Assembly: GCA_964247895.1 (NCBI GenBank)
Contig: CAXTWG010000007.1
Span: 1,518 to 65,517 of the forward strand
DNA: 64,000 bases
Source of the DNA: an uncultured Acidobacteriaceae bacterium
Lineage (GTDB): Bacteria > Acidobacteriota > Terriglobia > Terriglobales > Acidobacteriaceae
Direction: 5' to 3'
In this document: positions 9,530 to 18,955 of the stretch, in pieces
How the letters are laid out: each line of letters opens with the position of its first letter
How positions within the stretch are numbered: position 1 is the stretch's first letter
Notes under the pieces: model-generated
The model's database searches: none
Seen by the model: only the letters and a program-made list of their open reading frames with translations
What the model was told of the DNA's origin: nothing
Position numbers and translations under genes: made by a program

Positions 9530-10671
9530 TCAACGCACGCTGAGCTCGATGCGCCGCGTTTGCGCGAGCAGGCTTTTCGGCAGCAGGACTTTGTCGGCCT
9601 GGACGGCGCCGGCCGAGGCGGCGCGCAAGGGCGCTCCATCCGGCGGGTGGATGTGGATGGCCAGGTCGGCGGTGAAGTTTTCCGCGACCTCGACCGTAAT
9701 CTTCCAGCCGCGGCGCTCTGGTTTGTTGCGTCGGAGTCGGCGCCATTGCCGGACTCGCGGACGCCTGGCTTCTCGGGCAGCCTGGTGACGCGGATGCGTG
9801 CCATGGGCTGCGCGTCGGCGCCGGGCGGGAGCAGGACCATGACCTCGTACCCGGCCTTGTGCTCGGCGTTCCAAACGCCAGTGTCGGCGACGGGCAGGTA
9901 GCCGCCGAGCAGGGTGCGCTTGCTCCAGCCGGGCTCGTAACGGTAACGGCCGGGGTCGTCGAAAGGAAGCCAGCGCTGGGGGTCGAACAGAGCGCCTTCA
10001 AGGTCGGGGGCCCAGTCACTCTGTGCGTTGCGGGCCGGTTGGCGGCTTCGGCCATCGGCTTCAAGGTAGAGCGACCGCAGCGGGCCGGCTTGCTCGTTCG
10101 CGACCAGCGACCAGCCGATGTACTCGGGGCCGAGCGCGGCGACATTTTCGTAGCAGGGGTCCTCGTTTGAGCTCAGGATGTACTGGCCCGCAACATCGGG
10201 ACCGGGAACTTGGCTGCGCTGGAGCTTGGCGGGCGTTGGGTAAGGCCGAGGGCGGATTTGGACGAGGTCGCCGATGCCCTTGGGGATGAGCGCGATGGTG
10301 CCGGCGCGCTCGGTGACGTAGGCGATGGCGCCGCGATGGGTGGCGTGTTTTTCAAAGACGGCTGTGCGGACGCCGTTGATCTCGACCGTAGCAAGGAGCT
10401 GCCAGCCGTTGACGGTCTGGCCGGGCATGAGCGTGACCGGCTTGCCGCCATAGGTGGTTTGTGCGCCAGGGCCGGGGAAGCCGGTGACCTGCGGCGGGGA
10501 GGCAAGGGCTTCACGCTCGCCGGGGAGGAAACGGCTGTAAGCGTTCTCGATACGGGCGGGGGCGGCGCCTCCCGCGCTTCCCGTGTCGGCGGGTTGGGTG
10601 AAGGCTGCTTCCGGGAGAGCGGTTTGGAGGCCGGCGGCGCTCAACAAGGCGAGGAACGTGCGTCTGTCCAA
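9530..10671 (-). pseudogene. Tat-signal protein, frameshifted or internally deleted near 9720
   Basis: DRRTFL Tat leader. Protein-like sequence degrades after ...DATNQ, while a plausible C-terminus (GWKITVEVAENFTADLAIHIHPPDG...RIELSVR*) lies in another frame and ends at 9530. Confidence 0.6.
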
Positions 10672-10946
10672 AAGAAAGCTCCTTTAAGAAAGGGTGGAAA
10701 CCCGCCTACAAGAAAACGCGCGCAGAGTGGTTTTGGCAATGGGAGCTACTGGCAGTAGCAAGCAGCGCCGGTCGCCTGGGCGGAGAAGCCTTCTAGGCTT
10801 GAGTGAAAGTTCCAATGTTTACAAAGCAGGCGACCCGGCAAAGATTGTCTCTTGTCCTTTGCAGGATGGTAAGGGTAACATTCGCCCCGATACGAAAAAG
10901 ACTGTGAACAAGAGCTGTAATTTTTGGAGTGCCAGGGAGTCATGCG

Positions 10947-13900
10947 ATGCGCAATGAACGTTGGAAGATGCGGTGCCGACTCTTCGCCCTTACCGGGACC
11001 ATGCTGTTCCGAACCGCGCTGGCGGCGTTGCCGTTCGCGGCGCTGGGCGGGGTGGCGTTGGCGCAGTTCAGTTCGAGCCTGCAGGGGACAGTTACGGACC
11101 CTTCCGGCGCGGTGATCGGCGACGCGACGGTAACGCTGACGCAGATCGACACGAACCAGAAAAAGACGGCGAAGACCAGCAGCTCCGGCGCGTATGCGTT
11201 CGGCAGCCTGGCTCCGGGCAACTACACCGTCGAGGTGATGGCGGCCGGCTTCCAGACGACACAGGTGGGGACGACTTTAACGACCGAGCAGCAGGCCGGG
11301 GTCAACGTCAAGCTGAATGTCGGGAACGACACGACGCAGGTGCAGGTGACCGCGCAAGGCCCCGCGCTGAACACGGAAGAAAACCGGGTGCAGGTGACGC
11401 TCGATACCGAGCAGGTGCGGACGCTGCCCTTGCAGAACCGCGGCACGCTGAACCTGGTGAACGCCGCGCCGGGCGTGAGCGGCTACTCCCAAAACCTCGA
11501 CAACTTCCAGAACGAGGAAACCCCGAACGCAAACGCCAACGGACACTTTTCCGGCTCAAACCTGTATGTGATCGATGGAATTGAGAGCGACTCGAACATC
11601 ACGGGCGGCACGAACAACATCACGCCGAATCCGGACTCGCTCCAGGAAATCGCGCTCCAGACGAACACCTTCGCGGTGGACTTTTACGGGGGCGCGGGCG
11701 TGACGACAGAGCTGACGACCAAGTCGGGCGCGAATAAGTTTCACGGAACGGGCGAGATCAGCTTCTACAACCAGGATCTGCAGCAGCGGTTCTTCTTCTC
11801 CGGGCCGAACGGAAATTCACCATACAAGCGGTTGGAGTATTCGGGGACGCTTGGCGGCCCGATTTACAAGGACAAGACGTTCTTTTTCGCTTCCGTTGAG
11901 GCGCTCGCCTCGACGGTGCCTGCGAGTACGAGCATTTTCCCGAATGAGGACCCAGCGTTTGTGGCGCTGGCGCAGCAGAACTTCCCAAATACGCTCGGCA
12001 CACGCCTGCTGACCCAGTATCCTTCGCAGGGCATCAACGTGCAGAGCGTCCGGTTCTATACTTCGCCCGACCTCCGCACGCAGTGCGCGACGCCGACCGG
12101 AAACTGCAACGTCCCATTTATCGACAACGTCAACCAGACGAGCGCGCCGTTCAATAACGGGCTCCAGTACAGCCTGCGCCTCGACCAGAATTTTCGGGGC
12201 GGTAAGGACCGTTTGTACGCGTACTACTTCGACATCACGCATACGCCGCAGATCATCGACCCTCGACCGGCTTTCTCGAGCTCACAGCCTACGGTCAGCC
12301 AGCTTTATTCTGTCAACTACACGCACGTCTTCTCGCCGAGCATCCTGAACGAAGCCTCCTTCGCGTACAAACGGGTGGAAGGGAACCGCACGGCGCCGAC
12401 GCCGACCGTGCCTGAGCTGAACCTGAACAACACCTATGGCATCGGCGGGCCGAACGACCCCGAGTTCGGCGGCGGGTTTGGGCCGGGCAACTTTTCGCAG
12501 CACCAGTACAGCTGGCGCGATGTGGTGACATTCGTTCGGGGCAAGCACGATATTCGGGTAGGCTTCCAGGCGTCGCATGGGAACGACTCGGCGGACTTCT
12601 CGAGCAATTACGTGCGGCCGAGCTTTTCCTTCAACAATGGGCTGGCGGATTTTGTGCAGGACAAGGTGTACCAGGAGTTCGGCATTGCCTACGACCCGCT
12701 GATCGCCCAACTGAAGCCCTTCGACTTCGGCGCACAGGTGACCAACTACGGCGTGTATGTGCAGGACTCCTGGAAGATCCTGCCGGATTTGACGCTGCAA
12801 CTGGGGCTGCGCTGGGATGATTTCGGCAATCCTTCGCCGTACCTCTATACCCAGAGCTTGCCGCAACTTTCCAATCTGATTCCGGTCAACTCGACAGAGC
12901 TGCTTGGGTCCCCGGCTGCGATCGATGCGCAGTTCGCGAACGCATCGATTCGGGCGGCGAACAATATCTACCCCGGCGCGCTCAACAACAATTGGTCGCC
13001 GCGTGTGGCGTTCTCATGGGCGCCGACCAAGGACCGGTTCACGACCATCCACGGTGGGACAGGGATCTACTACGAGCAGATCAGCCTGGGGCAGGTGCTG
13101 GACCAGTTGCGCGGCAACCCGCCCGGGTGGGTCTTCCCGACCTTTGGGCAGAACACCGGCAATGCGACTGCTCCGGTCTATGGTCTTGGAACCAGCAACG
13201 TGTTTCCCTACGGGTTTGCGATTCCGGCAATTCCAGCAGGGCAGACGGACGCGCGCGGCGGCATCGTGGGGCAGGCGATCCCGGTGCAGGGGCTCAATCC
13301 AAACGTGAAAACGCCGCCGACGTTGAACTACACGCTGGGCGTGACGCAGGAGTTCGCGCATAAAGCAGTCGCGGCGGTGACCTATACGGGGTCGTACTCC
13401 TGGAACCAGCTCACAGCGACGGACTTTAACCGGGTTGCGGGGGATTTGATTCGGAATGCAGGGAGTCCGCAGCGGTTGAACCCGAGTTTCGGGTCGATCA
13501 TCTATGCCGGAAACTTCTCTGTGGGACGATACGACAGCGTGATCTTCTCGCTGACACAGCACGTAAAAAACCTGGATTACCAGGCTTCGTACACGTGGTC
13601 GCATGCTTTGGGGTACGGGACGTGCTTCACGCGCTACATTTACAGCAACCAGAATGACTGCCCGCCGGATCAGCATCTTCTCGGAACGGGGTATTACGGT
13701 AGTTCGTCCTTCGACCAGCCGAATAATTTCAAGCTGACGGGTTCGTATGTGCTGCCCTCGCCTGCGCAGCGGTATCTGAAGCAGGCAGCGGGCGGATGGC
13801 AGGTGACGACGCTGTTCGTGGCGCAGTCCGGGACGCCGTTTACTGTCGAGAATTATGGGCCCTGGGGTGGGGGTGCCGATGATGGAGGCGCAATCGTCAA

Positions 13901-14330
13901 CGGCCGGTTCACGAGTGTCCGGGCCGGCGACTATAACGCGGACGGCTTCGCGCAGGACTTCCCGAACATCGCTACGAATGTGCAGCGGAAGTACTCGCAC
14001 GGGCAGGTAACGCAGGCCGGCGGGGGTGTCTTTGCGAACCAGCCGAACGCCTTCACGGCTCCGACGCCGGGCACAGAAGGAAATGAAGCTCGGAATACGT
14101 TCCGCAATCCCGGGTTGTTCGAGTGGGATGCGAGTGTGCTGAAGAACAACGCCCTGCCGTGGTTTGGATCGGAGAAGGCAAACCTGCAGCTACGGGTCGA
14201 CGGCTTCAACGTGATCAACCATACAAACTTCAATCCGATCGACAACAACCTGGTTTCAGGCACCTTTGGGCAGGCTACGTCGAGCCTGCAGCCGCGGATT
14301 ATCCAACTGGGGGCGCGGTTCGAGTTTTAG
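10947..14330 (+). CDS. TonB-dependent receptor, Oar-like
   Basis: Signal peptide; LQGTVTDPSGAVI (CarboxypepD_reg); LPLQNR; GTLGGPIYKDKTFFF; LGLRWD; ends ARFEF. Start is uncertain (10929, 10947 or 11001). Confidence 0.92.
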   Translation: MRNERWKMRCRLFALTGTMLFRTALAALPFAALGGVALAQFSSSLQGTVTDPSGAVIGDATVTLTQIDTNQKKTAKTSSSGAYAFGSLAPGNYTVEVMAAGFQTTQVGTTLTTEQQAGVNVKLNVGNDTTQVQVTAQGPALNTEENRVQVTLDTEQVRTLPLQNRGTLNLVNAAPGVSGYSQNLDNFQNEETPNANANGHFSGSNLYVIDGIESDSNITGGTNNITPNPDSLQEIALQTNTFAVDFYGGAGVTTELTTKSGANKFHGTGEISFYNQDLQQRFFFSGPNGNSPYKRLEYSGTLGGPIYKDKTFFFASVEALASTVPASTSIFPNEDPAFVALAQQNFPNTLGTRLLTQYPSQGINVQSVRFYTSPDLRTQCATPTGNCNVPFIDNVNQTSAPFNNGLQYSLRLDQNFRGGKDRLYAYYFDITHTPQIIDPRPAFSSSQPTVSQLYSVNYTHVFSPSILNEASFAYKRVEGNRTAPTPTVPELNLNNTYGIGGPNDPEFGGGFGPGNFSQHQYSWRDVVTFVRGKHDIRVGFQASHGNDSADFSSNYVRPSFSFNNGLADFVQDKVYQEFGIAYDPLIAQLKPFDFGAQVTNYGVYVQDSWKILPDLTLQLGLRWDDFGNPSPYLYTQSLPQLSNLIPVNSTELLGSPAAIDAQFANASIRAANNIYPGALNNNWSPRVAFSWAPTKDRFTTIHGGTGIYYEQISLGQVLDQLRGNPPGWVFPTFGQNTGNATAPVYGLGTSNVFPYGFAIPAIPAGQTDARGGIVGQAIPVQGLNPNVKTPPTLNYTLGVTQEFAHKAVAAVTYTGSYSWNQLTATDFNRVAGDLIRNAGSPQRLNPSFGSIIYAGNFSVGRYDSVIFSLTQHVKNLDYQASYTWSHALGYGTCFTRYIYSNQNDCPPDQHLLGTGYYGSSSFDQPNNFKLTGSYVLPSPAQRYLKQAAGGWQVTTLFVAQSGTPFTVENYGPWGGGADDGGAIVNGRFTSVRAGDYNADGFAQDFPNIATNVQRKYSHGQVTQAGGGVFANQPNAFTAPTPGTEGNEARNTFRNPGLFEWDASVLKNNALPWFGSEKANLQLRVDGFNVINHTNFNPIDNNLVSGTFGQATSSLQPRIIQLGARFEF

Positions 14331-14345
14331 GCGCTGCTTGGTTCA

Positions 14346-14387
14346 ACAAGGAGAGCGCGGCGGATTGGCTTCCCGCGCCCTTCTTGT
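14346..14387 (+). terminator. Stem-loop after the TBDR gene
   Basis: acaaggagagcgcgg pairs imperfectly with ccgcgcccttcttgt. Confidence 0.45.
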
Positions 14388-14400
14388 GAGAATGGGGTAG

Positions 14401-15876
14401 ATGATTCCTGCGGCTCCACTTCGGTGTTTCGGTTTACTGCTGCTTGCGGGCGCAGTCTTGCCGCTGCGGGCGCAAGCGGCGGATCCGCAAGCGGCACTGG
14501 CAGCGCACCGGTACGGGGAGGCGCTCGCCGGGGCGGAAGCGCGGCTGAGGGTGAATGCCGGGGATGCGCAAGCTGCCTTGATGAAAAGCTTGGCGCTGGC
14601 TGGGCTGGGTGAGCCGGGGAAGAGCCTCCTGAGTTTCGACCGGACGCTACGGCTCACCCACGATGCTACGCCGGTGCTGGAAGCGGCGGCACAGGTGGCG
14701 TATGGGGCGCGGGACAAGCGGGCGGGGCGGTACCTGAGTGCGCTGCTCGCGCGAGACCCGGAAAACCAGGTGGCGCATGCGATGGCGGGGGTGCTGGCGT
14801 ATGAGGCAAAAGACTGCGCGGCGGCGAACACGCACTTTGCCCAGGCGGGAAAGGCGTTGCAGGGCAATGTAGCGGCGGAGATGCAGCATGGCGACTGCCT
14901 GCTCGCGGTCGGCGACACGGCAGCGGGCACGGCGCTGTTTGAGCGTCTGGCGGGGGAGCATCCGGGCGATGCGCTGCTCGGCTATGACCAGGCCGCGGCG
15001 TATGTGCAGGCGGGGCGGTTTGGGGAGGCGGTGCCGGTATTGCGTGCGATGGAGGCGGCGGGGCAGGCGCTCCACGGCGACACGCTGAACCTGTTGGGGG
15101 CAGCGTTGAACGGCAGCGGGCAGCTGGAGCAAGCGATCGCTGTGTACCGGGAGGCAGCCGAGGAGAACCCGCAGGACGAGCGGAACTACATCGACCTGGC
15201 CACAATGAGCGTGGAGCACCAGTCGCCGGAAGCGGCGCTGGCGGTGCTGAATGCGGGGCTTGCGCAGAACCCCGGTTCGGGGGCGCTTCTGACCTTGCGC
15301 GGCGCGGTGCGGGCGCAACTGGGGCAGAATGACGGGGCGGCTGCGGACTTTGAGGCGGCGGAGCGGGTGGAGCCTTCAAAGCTATACGGCGCGGTAGGGC
15401 TGGGGGTGCTGCTGCGTGATACGAGCAAGCTGCCGGAGGCCGAGCGGCTGGTCCGGGAACGGGTGCGCGCGCATCCGGGCGATGCGACGCTCAACTATTT
15501 GCTTGCCGATGTACTGGTGCGCGAGGGAGCAGCGCCGGGGGAGCCGCAGTTTGAAGAGGCGCGAGGGCTCTTGAAGAAGGCGATCACGCTGAAGCCTGAT
15601 TTGGCGGTGGCGCATGGCGAGCTGGGCAAGCTGGACCTGAAAGCAGGCAAGACGGACGAGGCGATCGCGGAGCTTGAAAAGGGCGTGCGCTATGACGGCG
15701 CCGATCGGACCTCGCTGAACCAACTGGTGGCGGCGTACCGGCGTGTGGGGCGGACGGAGGATGCGGCGCGGGTGGCGGCGCAGTTGGCAAAGGCTGTGGA
15801 ACACGATCGATCCCAGGAAACAGAGCGCAACCGGGTGCATCTCCAGCCGGCGGCGCAAGGGCCGGGAGGCATTTAA
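14401..15876 (+). CDS. Exported tetratricopeptide-repeat protein
   Basis: Signal peptide; repeated Ala/Leu helical TPR units (LNLLGAAL...AIAVYREA...NPQD; AHGELGKL...AIAELEK). Confidence 0.85.
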   Translation: MIPAAPLRCFGLLLLAGAVLPLRAQAADPQAALAAHRYGEALAGAEARLRVNAGDAQAALMKSLALAGLGEPGKSLLSFDRTLRLTHDATPVLEAAAQVAYGARDKRAGRYLSALLARDPENQVAHAMAGVLAYEAKDCAAANTHFAQAGKALQGNVAAEMQHGDCLLAVGDTAAGTALFERLAGEHPGDALLGYDQAAAYVQAGRFGEAVPVLRAMEAAGQALHGDTLNLLGAALNGSGQLEQAIAVYREAAEENPQDERNYIDLATMSVEHQSPEAALAVLNAGLAQNPGSGALLTLRGAVRAQLGQNDGAAADFEAAERVEPSKLYGAVGLGVLLRDTSKLPEAERLVRERVRAHPGDATLNYLLADVLVREGAAPGEPQFEEARGLLKKAITLKPDLAVAHGELGKLDLKAGKTDEAIAELEKGVRYDGADRTSLNQLVAAYRRVGRTEDAARVAAQLAKAVEHDRSQETERNRVHLQPAAQGPGGI

Positions 15877-17643
15877 GTGCCGACACGGCGAGAAACGCTG
15901 GTGGGGCTGCTGGGTGCGGCGGCGAGCGCAGCCTGGGGGCAGGGCGTGGCGACCCGGCAGGTGAAGCCGCAAGCGCGAGTGAAGAGCGCGGCGCCACCGT
16001 TCGCGGCGCGATTTACGGATGTGGCGCAGGCGGCGGGGCTGCGCGCGCCGGTGATTTACGGCGGGGTGACGCGCAAGGATTACATCCTGGAGGCCATCGG
16101 CTGCGGCTGCGCGTTTGTGGACTATGACAACGACGGCTGGGTGGATATCTTTGTTTTAAGTGGGCAGAGGCTCACGGAGACGCCGCCGGGAACGACCAAT
16201 CGGCTGTACAAGAATAACCGCGACGGCACGTTCACCGATGTTACGAAGCAGGCCGGCCTGGAACATACAGGCTGGGCCTGCGGGGTGTGCGTGGGGGACT
16301 ATAACAACGACGGCTGGGAAGACTTGTTTGTCAGCTACTACGGGCAGAATAAGTTGTATCGGAACAACGGGAACGGGACCTTTACGAATGTGACGAAGGA
16401 GGCGGGACTGCTGTACGAGGGTAAGACCCGCTGGGGAGCGGGCTGCTCCTTTACCGACTACAACCGCGACGGACACCTGGACCTGTTTGTGTCCAATTAT
16501 ATCGACTTCGCCATGGAAAACGTGCCGAAGCCGGGAACGAATGTGAACTGCAATTTCCGTAATGTCCCGGTGAACTGCGGGCCGCGCGGGCTGCCGTATG
16601 GACGCCATTGGTTGTACCGCAATAACGGAGATGGGACATTTACGGATGTAAGTGAGGCGGCCGGGATCAGCAAGGTCAAGGAGACCTACGGGATGACGGT
16701 GGTCGCGGCGGACTTCGATGATGACGGCTGGCCGGATGTCTATGTGGCGTGCGATTCAGTGCCGAGTGTGTTGTTCATGAACAATCATGATGGGACGTTT
16801 CGTGAGGAAGGGCTGGCGCGCGGGGTGGCGTTGAGCGACGATGGCGTGGAGCAGGCCGGGATGGGCGTCGGGATAGGAAATTACAAGCTGGACGGGCGGC
16901 TGGACTTATTCAAAACACACTTCACGGATGACACGAGCGTGCTGTACCGCAATCTGGGTAAAGGGAACTTCGAGGACGCGACCGCTACGGCGCACATCGG
17001 GGTCGAAACCAGGTTCACGGGCTGGGGTACCGGCATTGCGGATTTGGACAATGATGGCCACCCGGACATCCTGCTGGTGACGGGTAGCGTGTACCCGGAG
17101 GTTGGGGCTAAGCTGCCCGCGTACCCGGCTAAAACGCCGCGGGTGGTGTTTCGCAACCTGAGCGGTTTTGGGGGCGACGGACGGTTTGAGGAGCTGATTG
17201 AGGAGGCCGGACCGGGCATTGCGGCGGCGCATACGAGCCGAGGATGCGCGTTCGGGGATTATGACAACGATGGCGACCTGGACGTGCTGGTGGTGAATCT
17301 GAACGAACCGCCGTCGCTGCTGCGCAACGACCTACCCCAAAGCCCGGCGACGCACTGGATCAAAGTCAAGCTGGTAGGGCAGACCTCGAACCGTTCAGCG
17401 ATTGGGGCGCGAGTAACGGCGAAGTACGGCGGCAAGCAGCAGGCGCAGGAGGTGCTGAGCCAGAGCAGCTTTTTCTCAAGCAATGATCCGCGGCTGCACT
17501 TTGGGTTGGGGCGCAATACGGTAGTGGATCTCCTGGTGCGTTGGCCCACCGGGGTTCAGCAGAGGTTTGCGGGCGTGGCTGCGAACCAGGTGGTCACGAT
17601 CGATGAGCGGGATGGGCTGCTTGGGAAGGCAACGCACCCGTAG
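15877..17643 (+). CDS. CRTAC1 / ASPIC-UnbV family protein with FG-GAP-like Ca-binding repeats, Tat-like leader
   Basis: TRRETL leader; multiple DYDNDGxxD repeats; C-terminal NRSAIGARV...RLHFGLG...VRWP. Abuts the TPR gene. Confidence 0.88.
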   Translation: MPTRRETLVGLLGAAASAAWGQGVATRQVKPQARVKSAAPPFAARFTDVAQAAGLRAPVIYGGVTRKDYILEAIGCGCAFVDYDNDGWVDIFVLSGQRLTETPPGTTNRLYKNNRDGTFTDVTKQAGLEHTGWACGVCVGDYNNDGWEDLFVSYYGQNKLYRNNGNGTFTNVTKEAGLLYEGKTRWGAGCSFTDYNRDGHLDLFVSNYIDFAMENVPKPGTNVNCNFRNVPVNCGPRGLPYGRHWLYRNNGDGTFTDVSEAAGISKVKETYGMTVVAADFDDDGWPDVYVACDSVPSVLFMNNHDGTFREEGLARGVALSDDGVEQAGMGVGIGNYKLDGRLDLFKTHFTDDTSVLYRNLGKGNFEDATATAHIGVETRFTGWGTGIADLDNDGHPDILLVTGSVYPEVGAKLPAYPAKTPRVVFRNLSGFGGDGRFEELIEEAGPGIAAAHTSRGCAFGDYDNDGDLDVLVVNLNEPPSLLRNDLPQSPATHWIKVKLVGQTSNRSAIGARVTAKYGGKQQAQEVLSQSSFFSSNDPRLHFGLGRNTVVDLLVRWPTGVQQRFAGVAANQVVTIDERDGLLGKATHP

Positions 17644-17646
17644 AAA

Positions 17647-18207
17647 CTAAGCGGGGCCGGGCAAGAGTGGTCCGTGGCGGAACGAGAGCCGGGAGATACC
17701 GCTGCTCACAAGACTCACGCCGACCAGCACCCCGATCGCCCATACAGAACTGACCGGCCACTGCGCCCAGATGAGGACGCCGAGCACCAGAGTGATGAGT
17801 CCGTCCCATAAGAACCAGTTGGCGCGATGCGCGCGGCGAAGACTGGCATAGGTGATGAGCTCGAAGACGCCCTCGACGACAAAGTAAACCGCGAGCAGGA
17901 GCGTGAGGGTGAGGAGGGCCCGCGCGGGATGCAGGATGAGGTAGAGCGCGACCAAGAGGTAGACGACACCGACGAGAAACTGCCAGACAGCACCGCCCGC
18001 ATGTCGAGCGGACCAGGCGTAGACGAGACGTGCAACGCCGGCAAAGAGCAGGACCCAGCCGATCACCGTGGTGATAACCGCGCCCGCGAAAAAGGGCACA
18101 AGGATAGCGAGCACGCCGAGGATGATGAGCAGGATGCCGATGCCGGTACCCCAGTGCTGCTTGTCGGTCCGTGACGCGAGGCTTGAACCCTCTACAAAGC
18201 CACCCAT
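17647..18207 (-). CDS. HdeD/DUF308 family membrane protein
   Basis: ATG 18207 follows GGAGG; about 6 hydrophobic helices; WP.SSVWAIGVLVGV motif. Confidence 0.8.
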   Translation of the reverse strand: MGGFVEGSSLASRTDKQHWGTGIGILLIILGVLAILVPFFAGAVITTVIGWVLLFAGVARLVYAWSARHAGGAVWQFLVGVVYLLVALYLILHPARALLTLTLLLAVYFVVEGVFELITYASLRRAHRANWFLWDGLITLVLGVLIWAQWPVSSVWAIGVLVGVSLVSSGISRLSFRHGPLLPGPA

Positions 18208-18226
18208 GGTCGTTTCCTCCTGGCGG

Positions 18227-18955
18227 CTAGGATGCGCGGGAAGGGCGTTTGGTCGTGGCAATGCGGAGAAGCACAAGCAGGATTCGGTAGGCGGCCTTGG
18301 TGGAGCCTGAAAGCGAGCCGGCAACCTTGGAAACGCCGCCCCGGCGCCGGCGGCAGGTGGTGGGGACCTCGAGAATGCGGAGGCCGTCGCGGGCAACTTT
18401 CATCTGCATTTCGAGGTTCCAGCCGTAGGTTTCCTCCACCATGTGGAGGCTTTGGAGGGCGGAGCGGGTGACGACGCGCATGGAGCCCATATCGGTGTAG
18501 CGGACGCCGTAAAGCAGGCGCATGGCGGCCCCGGCGAGTGCTCCGGCGAAGAGTTGAGAGGCGAGCATGCTGCCGGGCTCGCGTCGGCCGCGGATGCGGG
18601 AGGCGATGGCGAAGTCGTACTTGCCGGCCAGCACCGGATCGAGGAGCAAGGGAAGCTCATGGGCGTTGTCACTGCCGTCACCGTCGAGGAAGACAAGGAT
18701 GCTGGAAGCGGGATTGGCGTGAGCGACCCCAGTGGCGAGGGCGCGGCCGTAGCCGCGGAGAGGCTGATCGACCACGGTTGCTCCGGCCGCGCGGGCGACT
18801 TCGGCGGTACGGTCGGTCGAGCCATTGTTGACGACGATGCACTCGCGCAGGAGCGGGTGGATGGGGGAAGCAAAGACCTCACGGACGACGCCGCCGATGG
18901 CTTCTTCCTCGTTGAGGCAGGCGATGAGGACGGTGATTTTGGGTTGGGTGTTCAT
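18227..18955 (-). CDS. GT2 glycosyltransferase (polyprenol-phosphate sugar synthase-like)
   Basis: IACLNEEEAI, VNNGSTDRT, GYG, FLDGDGS, YGWNLEMQ, RRRGGVSKV. Confidence 0.88.
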   Translation of the reverse strand: MNTQPKITVLIACLNEEEAIGGVVREVFASPIHPLLRECIVVNNGSTDRTAEVARAAGATVVDQPLRGYGRALATGVAHANPASSILVFLDGDGSDNAHELPLLLDPVLAGKYDFAIASRIRGRREPGSMLASQLFAGALAGAAMRLLYGVRYTDMGSMRVVTRSALQSLHMVEETYGWNLEMQMKVARDGLRILEVPTTCRRRRGGVSKVAGSLSGSTKAAYRILLVLLRIATTKRPSRAS

